Assembly (NCBI GenBank): GCA_038078615.1
Contig: JBBTWT010000019.1
Coordinates: 1 to 51,874 of the forward strand
Direction: 5' to 3'
DNA: 51,874 nucleotides
Source of the DNA: Patescibacteria group bacterium
Lineage (GTDB): Bacteria > Patescibacteriota > Minisyncoccia > Moranbacterales > UBA1568
The notes beneath the pieces were generated by a model that saw only the letters and a list, made by a program, of their open reading frames with translations, was not told where the DNA came from and made no database searches. Numbering within the stretch: the stretch's first letter is position 1; the number at the start of each line of letters is the position of its first letter. The translations under genes were made by a program, and so were the position numbers. Shown piece by piece: positions 29,924 through 38,394 of the stretch.

Positions 29924-30313
29924 CTATAAAAAAATATGCTCCAGATGCCGGATAGAGGCTTTCCTCAGGATATCGTCATACAGGATGGAGAGCGCATCGA
30001 AATGATAGGCTGCCGACTCGCAATGCTTCTCCCGAAGATAGTGCGCCGCGATGCGCTCCAGCTTATGCAGTTTGGCGGGCGTGATGCCCGCTTCCGGCAG
30101 GATGGCGCTCCCCGCTGAGCCGAGCCGCGTCTTCACTTCCACGAAGACCAGCTCCTTCCCGATCTTCGCCACGATATCTATTTCTCCCAACCGCCGCCCC
30201 TTGGCGTTGCAATAATTGGTTTGGAGAATCTTGTACCCCTTCTGGCGCAGATAGCGGCACCCGAGATCCTCGCCCAAGGAACCAGCCGCTGATTTCAATG
30301 AAAATTTTCCCAT
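29924..30313 (-). CDS. yraN: YraN family PD-(D/E)XK nuclease
   Basis: GSLGEDLG..YL..KGY, GEIDIV, FVEVKTR. Confidence 0.92.
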   Translation of the reverse strand: MGKFSLKSAAGSLGEDLGCRYLRQKGYKILQTNYCNAKGRRLGEIDIVAKIGKELVFVEVKTRLGSAGSAILPEAGITPAKLHKLERIAAHYLREKHCESAAYHFDALSILYDDILRKASIRHLEHIFL

Positions 30314-30422
30314 ACATATATGATATCATACCTGCCTTGGCGGGACGGATTGAAAAAAGTTCATAAGCGTAGTTCGCGGGGTTTGTTGTTCGTAGCCGCT
30401 CAAAGTCTCGCGAACGAGCAAC

Positions 30423-30994
30423 AAAAAAACGGCCTTATAAGCCATTCATATCCCTTTTCTTCCCGACTTACCGCTAAACCCTAATAGCTAAATGCTGTTA
30501 AGAATGTTGGTGTCGGGCGTTACGACGCCCAATAATTAAATACTTGGCTGTAACGCCCGAACTTGCATGTGCCAACAGGTATGTCGGTTACGTAGCCTCG
30601 GGTGAGAAGGCATTTGTAATCCATTGAGCATTCCTGTATTTTGTGCTCATGCACCATCGCAGTTGGCCTAACGCTTCAACTACTTCTCCCTTCACCGTTC
30701 TCTGGCATTGAGCCTTTATTTTTTTGAAAGAACAATTTTTTGTTTCTTTTTGTTTTTCTCCTGGATTTTTTATTTTTCAGGAGGAAACATTTGTTTTTGT
30801 TTTGGGTCTCCGTGTTAGGACGGAGCGGCTTGGATACTTTGATCCAAACACTTGAACAGTGAAAGAGTCCCCCTTCACAATCAGGGGGAAATTGTGATTG
30901 GGAACTCTCCCACCGTTCAGGAAAACGTCCGCCGTCCGCCAACCGGCGGAGGAGGAAGAAGAAGGAAGCGATTGTCAAAGAAATTCTATCTAAC
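30423..30994 (-). ncRNA. Candidate large structured non-coding RNA (unassigned)
   Basis: Own promoter and terminator, no credible ORF, 5'/3' closing helix and multiple long stems with strand-specific G-U pairs. Confidence 0.55.
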
Positions 30995-31000
30995 AAACTC

Positions 31001-31029
31001 ATTATAGCAGAAAAAATGCCTTCGGTCAA
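31001..31029 (-). promoter_or_regulatory. Near-consensus sigma70 promoter
   Basis: TTGACC-17 nt-TATAAT with extended TG. Confidence 0.75.
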
Positions 31030-31155
31030 TCAATATCGCTTCTCTTTGCTTCATTGCAGGCATTTTTCACCGGTTGTCGCAGAATCATTCTTTTTTTCGA
31101 TATCCTCTCAGAAAAAATAAATACATTACTTTCTCTATCGATAAAATTTTTGGCT

Positions 31156-32334
31156 TTACGAGGCCTCATTCTTCACAGACTGCTCCTCCTCGCCAGCCGG
31201 ATACGTGGCCATATCCAGTATCGCGCGCAAAGTATCCTTGCTCGTTCCGATGTACCACCGATCTCCATCGAGGACATAATCGAACGATACGTTCCCGGCG
31301 CTTCCGATGTTTGTGAAGCGTATAGGAAATCGACCAGAGGTGCTCGACTGGAAAACAAGACTCTCGGGAACGACCGCGTCTGACTCAAAAATGAGCGTCT
31401 GCAGCGCGTACGGCAAACCGCTTTCTGTTTTTGCAATAACCGGAGCGGCAGCCTGCGCATCTTTGAATGTCAAAACAAGTCCGAGGCGCACGCCCACAGT
31501 ATCGTTATATGCGTACAGAGAAAACGGTTCATCAATAAGGGCCAGCAGATCTGAATCCAGACCAAGTTTCAAGAGAAAAGCGAAACGGCTGAATGCGAGA
31601 GGATTATTGTTCCGGTCAGTGACCAAAAATTCTACCGGCTTCGAGATGTCAGCTTCTTTGATGCGCAGGGCGGCTTGAGCAAGTGTCTTGCGGATGTCCT
31701 CGGAAGACACCACCTCCGTATCGACAGAGAGATAATTCGGCTTATCCAAAGAAAATGGCAGCGGTTTCGGCGCTGGCGTTTCCGGCAACTCAAGCGGGCT
31801 TTCACTGGCTTCCGGCACAGGATCCGTTTTCAGCAGTTTCCCCAGATCGCCTGCCGTAAAATACCAGAGGGCGCCGACAACACAGAAGATAGCGATGAAA
31901 ATCACGATAATGCCTATAATAAGGGTTTTGTTGCTCTTTTTCGGCTCATTGATGATAAGCGCCCCTTCAGGCACCATCGATGTCAGGCCATTTCCCAAAA
32001 CCGGCCGCTGTGAGAAATTTGAAGCCGGCTGGCTCATACGCTGAACGGAAACTCCGAAAGGGTTACCCTGTTTCCCCATTCCTTCTTCCTGCGGCTGTGA
32101 TATCCGCTCCCCTTCTTCACTGAACGGATTGATGACCAAGTAAGATGATTTTTTTCCAAAAGAAGCATCTGGATATTTTTGCTCTTTGTCTTGGATCGGC
32201 ACCGTCTCCTGTGTGCCGCTCTTGATATCATCAAGGTCATCCTGCATGGTACGCACCACCGCAAGAGCGCTCGGTATTTCTTTTTTTGTTTTCCGCTCAG
32301 GAACTTGCTTGCGTGAAAAGAACGCTGGTGTCAT
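31156..32334 (-). CDS. Hypothetical single-pass membrane protein
   Basis: 392 aa; VRTMQDDL N-terminal motif; central TM helix. Confidence 0.7.
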   Translation of the reverse strand: MTPAFFSRKQVPERKTKKEIPSALAVVRTMQDDLDDIKSGTQETVPIQDKEQKYPDASFGKKSSYLVINPFSEEGERISQPQEEGMGKQGNPFGVSVQRMSQPASNFSQRPVLGNGLTSMVPEGALIINEPKKSNKTLIIGIIVIFIAIFCVVGALWYFTAGDLGKLLKTDPVPEASESPLELPETPAPKPLPFSLDKPNYLSVDTEVVSSEDIRKTLAQAALRIKEADISKPVEFLVTDRNNNPLAFSRFAFLLKLGLDSDLLALIDEPFSLYAYNDTVGVRLGLVLTFKDAQAAAPVIAKTESGLPYALQTLIFESDAVVPESLVFQSSTSGRFPIRFTNIGSAGNVSFDYVLDGDRWYIGTSKDTLRAILDMATYPAGEEEQSVKNEAS

Positions 32335-32430
32335 ACGTTTTTTCAGTGATGAAAATTAAATACAAATGAGAGAGTGTCACCTCTCTCATCAGTATACACC
32401 AAATTTTTTCTTCCGGTAAGTGGCGAGAGG

Positions 32431-34545
32431 CTATTCTTGGCCGCTCATCTTGCGAAGCGCGTCTTTGTGCGACAGGTTGATGCGCCCCTGACTGTCGATT
32501 TCTTTCACGATGACCGGCACGATATCGCCGACCTGCACGACGTCTTCGACGTTGCCTACGCGATGATCGGCAAGTTCGGAAATATGGATCAGCCCTTCCT
32601 GATTCGGCAACACTTCGGCAAAAGCGCCGAAATTCATGATGCGCGTGATACGGGCCTGAAACAGTTCGCCGGCCACCACTTCGCGCGTGATGTTGTTGAT
32701 CCACTCGACAGCTTTGGCGGCGCTCGTCTCGTCTGTCGAGGTGATGAACACCGACCCATCGTCCTCGATATCGATAGAGACACCGGTTTCATCGATGATC
32801 TGGTTGATCACTTTGCCGCCGGGGCCGATGACATCGCGAATCTTGGCCGGGTTGATATGGAGCGTGATGATGCGCGGGGCATACGGAGACATCGTGGTGC
32901 GCGGTTCGGGGAGTGTCGCAAGCATCTTGTCCATGATGAACATCCGGCCTTCTTTGGCCTGTGCGATGGCCACCTTCAATACGGCCGGCGTCAGCCCGTC
33001 GATCTTCACATCCATCTGCATAGCGGTGATGCCGTCCTTCGTTCCGGCTACCTTGAAATCCATATCGCCGTAGTGATCTTCCAGTCCCTGGATGTCGGAC
33101 AGTACCTTGTATGAGCCCTCTTTCCCTGTGATCACACCCATCGCGATGCCGGCCACCGGTTTCTTGATCGGAACACCGGCGTCCATCAGCGAGAGCGTCG
33201 AACCGCAAGTAGAGGCCATCGAGGATGAGCCATTGGATTCCAGAACCTCGGAGACGAGGAGAATTGTGTAGGGGAACTCTTCCTTGCTCGGAAGCACCGG
33301 CAGCAGCGCTTTCTCTGCAAGCATCCCGTGACCGACTTCGCGTCGGCCTGGTCCTCGCATCGGCTTGACTTCGCCGACCGAGTACGGCGGGAAATTATAG
33401 AAGTGCATATAGCGCTTCTTCATATCCACCTCCATGGTGTCCACCACCATCTCGTCCCCGGGAGCGCCGAGCGTCGTGACGGTGAGCGCCTGCGTCTCGC
33501 CGCGCGTGAAGAGTCCGGTGCCGTGCGTACGCGGCAGAATGCCGACATCGCACGTGATCGGACGGATCTCCGTGATGCCGCGGCCGTCCGGACGGGCATC
33601 TTTTTCGAGGATATTCTTATGCACCGCCTCATCGGACACTTCGTCGATGATGATCGCGAGCAGTTCGGAGAGATTTTTCTGTTCCGGATACTTGTCTGCG
33701 GCGTAGACGGTGATTTTTTCCTTGATTTCGGCCACTTTCGTTTCTGTCGCCTGCTTCGGACGGATATAGAGCGCTTCGGCCATGCCGAATTCGGCGCAAA
33801 CCTTGCGGATATCCGCCTCGAACTCGTCCGAGCCCCGGAGGAGCGCTGGCAGGCGCTTTTCTTTGCCCGCTTCCGCGCGGATCCCTTCGATAAAGCCGGC
33901 TATTTTCTGGATTGCTGCGAAACCGAACTCGAACGCTTCCGCCATCTTTTCCTCGGTGATCTCCCGTGCGCTCGCTTCGATCATATTGATCTTCTCCTTG
34001 GTACCTGACAGGAGCAGATCCAGGGCGCTGTTCTTGTTCTCTTCGCTTGACGGATTCAAGACGAAATTGCCGTCCTGCAGGCCGATACGCGCGGCGCCGA
34101 TGGGGCCGTTCCATGGGATATCGGAGAGCGCAAGCGCCGCCGAAGCCGCGATCATCGCCACGACATCCGGATCGTTCTCTCCGTCATAGGAGAGCGTCGT
34201 GACTATCACCTGCACTTCGTTGCGCATCCTACTGTCGAACAGCGGCCGGATCGTACGATCCACGGCGCGACCGGAAAGAACGGCGTCATCGGACGGCCGC
34301 CCCTCGCGCTTGATGAAGCGCGAACCCTTGATCTTGCCCGCGGCATAATACCGCTCCTCGTAATCCACCATGAGCGGAAAATATCCCATGATCCGGGACA
34401 TCTCCTTGCTCATCACGGCGGCTGCGAGCACCACCGTATCCCCATACCGCACCGTCACCGATCCGCTCGCCTGCTTGGCGAGTGTTCCGGTCTCGATGAC
34501 AAGCTCCCGTCCCCCGAGTTGGAGGGACCATTTTTTCTCCTGCAT
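32431..34545 (-). CDS. pnp: Polyribonucleotide nucleotidyltransferase
   Basis: [43 protein letters not shown] and S1 domains. Confidence 0.97.
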   Translation of the reverse strand: MQEKKWSLQLGGRELVIETGTLAKQASGSVTVRYGDTVVLAAAVMSKEMSRIMGYFPLMVDYEERYYAAGKIKGSRFIKREGRPSDDAVLSGRAVDRTIRPLFDSRMRNEVQVIVTTLSYDGENDPDVVAMIAASAALALSDIPWNGPIGAARIGLQDGNFVLNPSSEENKNSALDLLLSGTKEKINMIEASAREITEEKMAEAFEFGFAAIQKIAGFIEGIRAEAGKEKRLPALLRGSDEFEADIRKVCAEFGMAEALYIRPKQATETKVAEIKEKITVYAADKYPEQKNLSELLAIIIDEVSDEAVHKNILEKDARPDGRGITEIRPITCDVGILPRTHGTGLFTRGETQALTVTTLGAPGDEMVVDTMEVDMKKRYMHFYNFPPYSVGEVKPMRGPGRREVGHGMLAEKALLPVLPSKEEFPYTILLVSEVLESNGSSSMASTCGSTLSLMDAGVPIKKPVAGIAMGVITGKEGSYKVLSDIQGLEDHYGDMDFKVAGTKDGITAMQMDVKIDGLTPAVLKVAIAQAKEGRMFIMDKMLATLPEPRTTMSPYAPRIITLHINPAKIRDVIGPGGKVINQIIDETGVSIDIEDDGSVFITSTDETSAAKAVEWINNITREVVAGELFQARITRIMNFGAFAEVLPNQEGLIHISELADHRVGNVEDVVQVGDIVPVIVKEIDSQGRINLSHKDALRKMSGQE

Positions 34546-34727
34546 ACGTTTCTGTCCTGCAGGCAAGCTAACAAACACGCGACTGAGCCCAGTGGCCGCA
34601 CTCGTGTACCTATTAACCCTGCCCGCGGAATAATTAAAAAACTTACCGGCTTCCCACCTACTCTACCTGAGAATGCCCTCGTTGTCAAAAAAACGCGCCT
34701 GCGGAGCGCACCTCTTCTCGATTCCCG

Positions 34728-35228
34728 CTAACCTATCAGGAATCGCTTCTTGTTGGCCGAGAGGTTGATGAAGTCGTCCGCGGCCTCGACGAGCTTCTGA
34801 CTCGCGGATTCCGCGAACGCGATCGCTTCGACACGGCAGCCGTAGGTGCTCTGTACGTATTCCACCAGCGACACGTAGTCCCCGTCGCCGGACACGATCA
34901 CGATCACGTCGAGTTTGGCAGCCATCTTGATCGCGTCGACGGCGATACCGACATCCCAGTCGCCTTTCTTGGAGCCGTCAGGGAAGATCTGCAGGTCTTT
35001 CGTCTTCACCTCGAACCCGCTTTTCTGTAGCGCCTCGAAGAACTTCTCTTCCGTCGCCTCCACCGTCTTGATGCCGTAGGCGATCGCGCGGATCAGCTTG
35101 CGCTCTTCCGTCGCCGCCATGAGCACGTTCTTGAAATTCACTTTCTTACCGTACAACATCCGTGCGCTGTAATACAGGTTCTGGATATCCACCAATACAC
35201 CGACTCTTTGTTCGCTAAATTTAGCCAT
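34728..35228 (-). CDS. NYN domain (LabA/DUF88) protein
   Basis: VDIQNLY, KGDWDVGIAVD, SGDGDY. Confidence 0.9.
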   Translation of the reverse strand: MAKFSEQRVGVLVDIQNLYYSARMLYGKKVNFKNVLMAATEERKLIRAIAYGIKTVEATEEKFFEALQKSGFEVKTKDLQIFPDGSKKGDWDVGIAVDAIKMAAKLDVIVIVSGDGDYVSLVEYVQSTYGCRVEAIAFAESASQKLVEAADDFINLSANKKRFLIG

Positions 35229-35315
35229 AATTAGTATCAATCACCAATCATCAAGTGCCAATCATCAAAAATTTGGAGATTGTTTCTTGGTTATTGGTTA
35301 TTTACATAAGGGGGC

Positions 35316-35582
35316 TTATGCAAGCCCCACAGTCTTCACTACCGCCTTGTATGCCTTCTCATCGGTCTTCTCAAGATAGTCCATCAGCTTCTTGCGTTTG
35401 GAGACCATCTTCAGCAATCCGCGGCGAGAATGGAAATCCTTCTTGTTCTTCTTCAGGTGCGCCGTCAGCTTCTTGATCTGCTCGGTAAAGAGCGCGATCT
35501 GATATTCCGGCGAGCCGCTGTCCTTCTCGTGACGCTTGACTCCTTTCGTCACCTTCTCCTTCTGCTTGTGCGTGAGTGCCAT
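35316..35582 (-). CDS. rpsO: 30S ribosomal protein S15
   Basis: DSGSPEYQIA, HLKKNKKDFHSRRGL. Confidence 0.97.
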   Translation of the reverse strand: MALTHKQKEKVTKGVKRHEKDSGSPEYQIALFTEQIKKLTAHLKKNKKDFHSRRGLLKMVSKRKKLMDYLEKTDEKAYKAVVKTVGLA

Positions 35583-35595
35583 AATTCGTTCGGCG

Positions 35596-35684
35596 ATACG
35601 CTCGTGCCGCCCTGGCGGGACCAGCGTATGCTACATAAAAAAATATTATAGACGAAAAGTAACACGGATATCCGATCCTGGCAA
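35596..35684 (-). promoter_or_regulatory. rpsO promoter and leader hairpin
   Basis: TTGCCA-17-TACTTT (35684-35656); ATACGCT/AGCGTAT stem at 35596-35629 (possible S15 autoregulatory leader). Confidence 0.45.
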
Positions 35685-35734
35685 GAGGTATTGAATTTTT
35701 GAACTCTCTACAGTCACTTTTCAATCTATTCTGC

Positions 35735-36802
35735 TTATCTATCTCTACCATCAGGGAGGTAGTTGGTTTCAATGTTCTTGCGCAATGTATAAGCATTGCC
35801 ATGCTTCATCAGGCCAAGATATGACCGCACGGTTTCCCGCTTGCCTTCCTTTTCGCGGATATTGCGGAAGGCTCTGTTTTTGGTAACGGTGCGTAGCACT
35901 CGATGGTCTGGGAAGTGCGTCCATCCAAGAAAGTCCACGCCGGAAGCCACTGTTTTGATGAACACCTTATCCGGATGAAGTTTGAGACCAAGACGAAACT
36001 CAAGAAAGGCGCTTATCTGTACAAGAATTGTTTTCAGTTGTTCCTTATTATCCGAAAAAATCACAAAATCATCAGCATAGCGGATATAGTATTTTGCCTT
36101 TGTCTGATGTTTCATAAACTGGTCGAACTCGTTCATATAGACGTTGACCAGAAGCTGACTTGTAAGGTTGCCAAGTGGCAAGCCTTTGCCTTTCTCTGTA
36201 TGAAAGCTCCCAATGATCTCTGAAAGAAGACCGAGAATATCCTGGTCAGAGATATGCTTTTCGAGAATCCTTAGCAGAATGTTCTGGTCGATAGAAGCAA
36301 AGAACTTCCTCACATCGCATTTGAGCGCCCACGCAGTCCTGGTGTGGTTATGGGAAGCCTTATGAGCAAAGCTGCGGAAGCGGTCGAGTGCCTTGTGGAC
36401 TCCTTTGTCATTGCGGCAGGAATAAGAGTCAGCAATAAACAATCGGTCAAAGAAAGGGTAGAGGACGCGGTAGATGGCTCGATGAACTACTCTGTCTCTT
36501 ACCCGTGCCTTATGGATATTCCTTGGCTTTGGGTCGGAGATATTGAAAGCCTCATAGTTAGAATGACGATAGGTTTTGAGAGTAAGTTCTCGATGGATCG
36601 CAAAAATGTTATCTGCGAGATGCAGTTCAAACTCTTCCACATCTTTACGCTTGCGCTTCCCTCGGATAAACTCTGTCCAGGCCTCAAGGAGATTTTCGAG
36701 AGAAATGATATGATGATAATTGTCCGATAATTTTACTTTTTCCTTATGCTTTCTTTTAACAGCCCCCCCCCCCGCAGTTCTCCCCTTGTTGCAAAGGCTC
36801 AA
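35735..36802 (-). CDS. DGR reverse transcriptase (start uncertain)
   Basis: PKPRNI, RDRVVH, KCDVRKFFASI, GLPLGNLTSQ (DGR-type SQ), RYADDF, GVDFLG. Confidence 0.95.
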   Translation of the reverse strand: MSLCNKGRTAGGGAVKRKHKEKVKLSDNYHHIISLENLLEAWTEFIRGKRKRKDVEEFELHLADNIFAIHRELTLKTYRHSNYEAFNISDPKPRNIHKARVRDRVVHRAIYRVLYPFFDRLFIADSYSCRNDKGVHKALDRFRSFAHKASHNHTRTAWALKCDVRKFFASIDQNILLRILEKHISDQDILGLLSEIIGSFHTEKGKGLPLGNLTSQLLVNVYMNEFDQFMKHQTKAKYYIRYADDFVIFSDNKEQLKTILVQISAFLEFRLGLKLHPDKVFIKTVASGVDFLGWTHFPDHRVLRTVTKNRAFRNIREKEGKRETVRSYLGLMKHGNAYTLRKNIETNYLPDGRDR

Positions 36803-37124
36803 GGCTGCCTATCAATTGTGGCACAGCGCGGTTGCACATATTCCAAAGCTTCATCGTTACACATTCGGAGGGAAGATAGATAAACTCTTTCTTGAGATAT
36901 TAGAAATCATTTTCCGGGCGCAATATGCCAAGCCGGAGCAGAAACTCCAATACCTCATTGCCGGGAGCGGCAAAATTGACCTTCTCAAATTCTTTCTGCA
37001 AATCGGCTGGGAAAGTAAGCTCGTAGATAACAAAAAATACCTCGCGCTTTCTACTGAACTTCAGGCAATTGGACGGATGCTTGGTGGGTGGAAAAAAGGT
37101 TTGGAAACAAAACTCTCGCCCTAA
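36720..37124 (+). CDS. avd: Avd-like four-helix-bundle accessory protein (start uncertain)
   Basis: PKLHRYTFGGKI...IDLLKFFLQI...IGRMLGGW; located between RT and TR. Confidence 0.85.
   Translation: MSDNFTFSLCFLLTAPPPAVLPLLQRLKAAYQLWHSAVAHIPKLHRYTFGGKIDKLFLEILEIIFRAQYAKPEQKLQYLIAGSGKIDLLKFFLQIGWESKLVDNKKYLALSTELQAIGRMLGGWKKGLETKLSP
36763..36773. repeat. C11/G11 homopolymer tract in the RT/avd overlap
   Basis: agCCCCCCCCCCCgc read directly. Confidence 0.9.
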
Positions 37125-37147
37125 AGACGAGAGAAACTTTACGCGTG

Positions 37148-37263
37148 GCCGGGGCAGAGAACCTGGTTGTCAGCATTCCAGTTGCCATTCTCGTCGAGCC
37201 TCCAGTCGTTGACGTTCCACTTGCGGTTGTCGGAGTTCCAGTTGACATTCACGGCGAAGACTT
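37148..37263 (-). repeat. DGR template repeat (TR)
   Basis: 116 bp; 10 AAY codons in the target frame; differs from the VR only at adenines. Confidence 0.96.
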
Positions 37264-37511
37264 TGTGCCTTGAACCATCCATTCCACCACCCTTTGAGTG
37301 GACTACTCACTCCTCTCAGGGTTGTATCGTATGCGGGACATAGAAGTCCACCAGTTCAAGACACCAACGCATTATATTTTTTTGAAAATAAAATGGCACT
37401 CTAGTTGAAGAAAGTTCCGCAACTACTCTGGCACATTTCATTTCCAGTATCCTGACCTTTCAGCCGTAGCCGAAAGAAATTTCCAACATACCTCTTTCAT
37501 TGTATCAAAAC

Positions 37512-37553
37512 AAAAAGACCCCGGGAAGCTGCGGATGCAGTTTCCAAGGGTCT
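37512..37553 (-). terminator. Hairpin plus T-run downstream of the DGR target gene
   Basis: GACCCTTGGAAACTGC-ATCC-GCAGCTTCCCGGGGTC-TTTTT. Confidence 0.7.
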
Positions 37554-37598
37554 AAGAGACTAAGTGTCCAAGGGTCTTTTGCCTAAGTGGCGAAAGGG

Positions 37599-38255
37599 TC
37601 AGAGTGCCGCGTTGCCGGGGCAGAGAACCTGGCAGTCAGCACCCCAGCAGCCACACTCGTCGAGCCTCCAGACGAAGACGAGCCACCAGCGGTTGCCGGA
37701 GTCCCAGAGGACACGCACGGCGAAGACTTCACCGCCCACACCTTCCAGGTAGAAGAGGTAGTAGCCTTCTTTGCCGTTCGGGTACATCTCGATCAGGCTG
37801 GCGATGTCTTCCCAGTTGCCGAGGTGGCGCTTAGGAAGGTCCGGACGAACTTCACGGTCGTAGGCGTTCTTCTTGAGACGTCCGATTCCGTAGGTCCGCC
37901 TGGGTGTGCTTGCCACCGGCTTGAGTACCGGCAGGATGCGCTCCCGGAAGGAACCATACAGGTATATGCCCGAACGGCTGAAGAATTCGTTCGGGTCGAT
38001 CGGTTTGTCCCGGGCCGGAAAGGTGATCGGGTCTTCCGGCTTCAGGATACTAGTTTCCCGGAGTATCTGAACACCTTGCACACTTTCAAATTTCAATCCC
38101 TTGATCATCCTTTCCAGATGCGGACGGCCCTTCGCCGTCGCGAGGACGTGAAATTCCTCCTCGCTCACGCCATGCGCGCGACGGATCTCGTCCATCGTAG
38201 CGCCGATCTGCATGGCGAAGCCAAACCCTGAAACCACCTGCGACTTCTTGCTCAT
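37599..38255 (-). CDS. DGR target (variable) protein, 218 aa
   Basis: GAGGAG RBS and ATG 38255; VR encodes the C-terminal ~38 codons. Confidence 0.9.
   Translation of the reverse strand: MSKKSQVVSGFGFAMQIGATMDEIRRAHGVSEEEFHVLATAKGRPHLERMIKGLKFESVQGVQILRETSILKPEDPITFPARDKPIDPNEFFSRSGIYLYGSFRERILPVLKPVASTPRRTYGIGRLKKNAYDREVRPDLPKRHLGNWEDIASLIEMYPNGKEGYYLFYLEGVGGEVFAVRVLWDSGNRWWLVFVWRLDECGCWGADCQVLCPGNAAL
37614..37729 (-). repeat. DGR variable repeat (VR)
   Basis: 95/116 identical to TR; all 21 mismatches fall at TR adenines. Confidence 0.96.
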
Positions 38256-38394
38256 TACTATTCTCCTCGATCCACTCCTCACGGCCCCACATATGCAGAG
38301 TCGCCCCAAATGGATCATCAAGGAACACACTCCCTTTTTCGCTCGGGAGCTTGGCGGTTTTTGCGTTTGCTGAAGCAGCATCGAAAAACATTGA

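Noticed and set aside
30676-31029. 117-aa ORF on the minus strand
   Set aside because: Its TTG start is the -35 box of the promoter; low-complexity K/N/F composition; it overlaps long RNA-like stems.
35735-36802. RT as a group II intron maturase, retron or CRISPR-associated RT
   Set aside because: The SQ motif, adjacent Avd and adenine-specific TR/VR pair identify a DGR; no intron domain V or cas genes seen.
37051-37273. Short ORFs across the TR (65 aa minus, 61 aa plus) and the antisense ORF 37587-38231
   Set aside because: By-products of the stop-poor TR and VR sequence; no RBS or protein features.
38256-38390. Leader of the DGR target gene as a c-di-GMP or other riboswitch
   Set aside because: Hairpins are present but no recognisable aptamer consensus; an Rfam scan would be needed.
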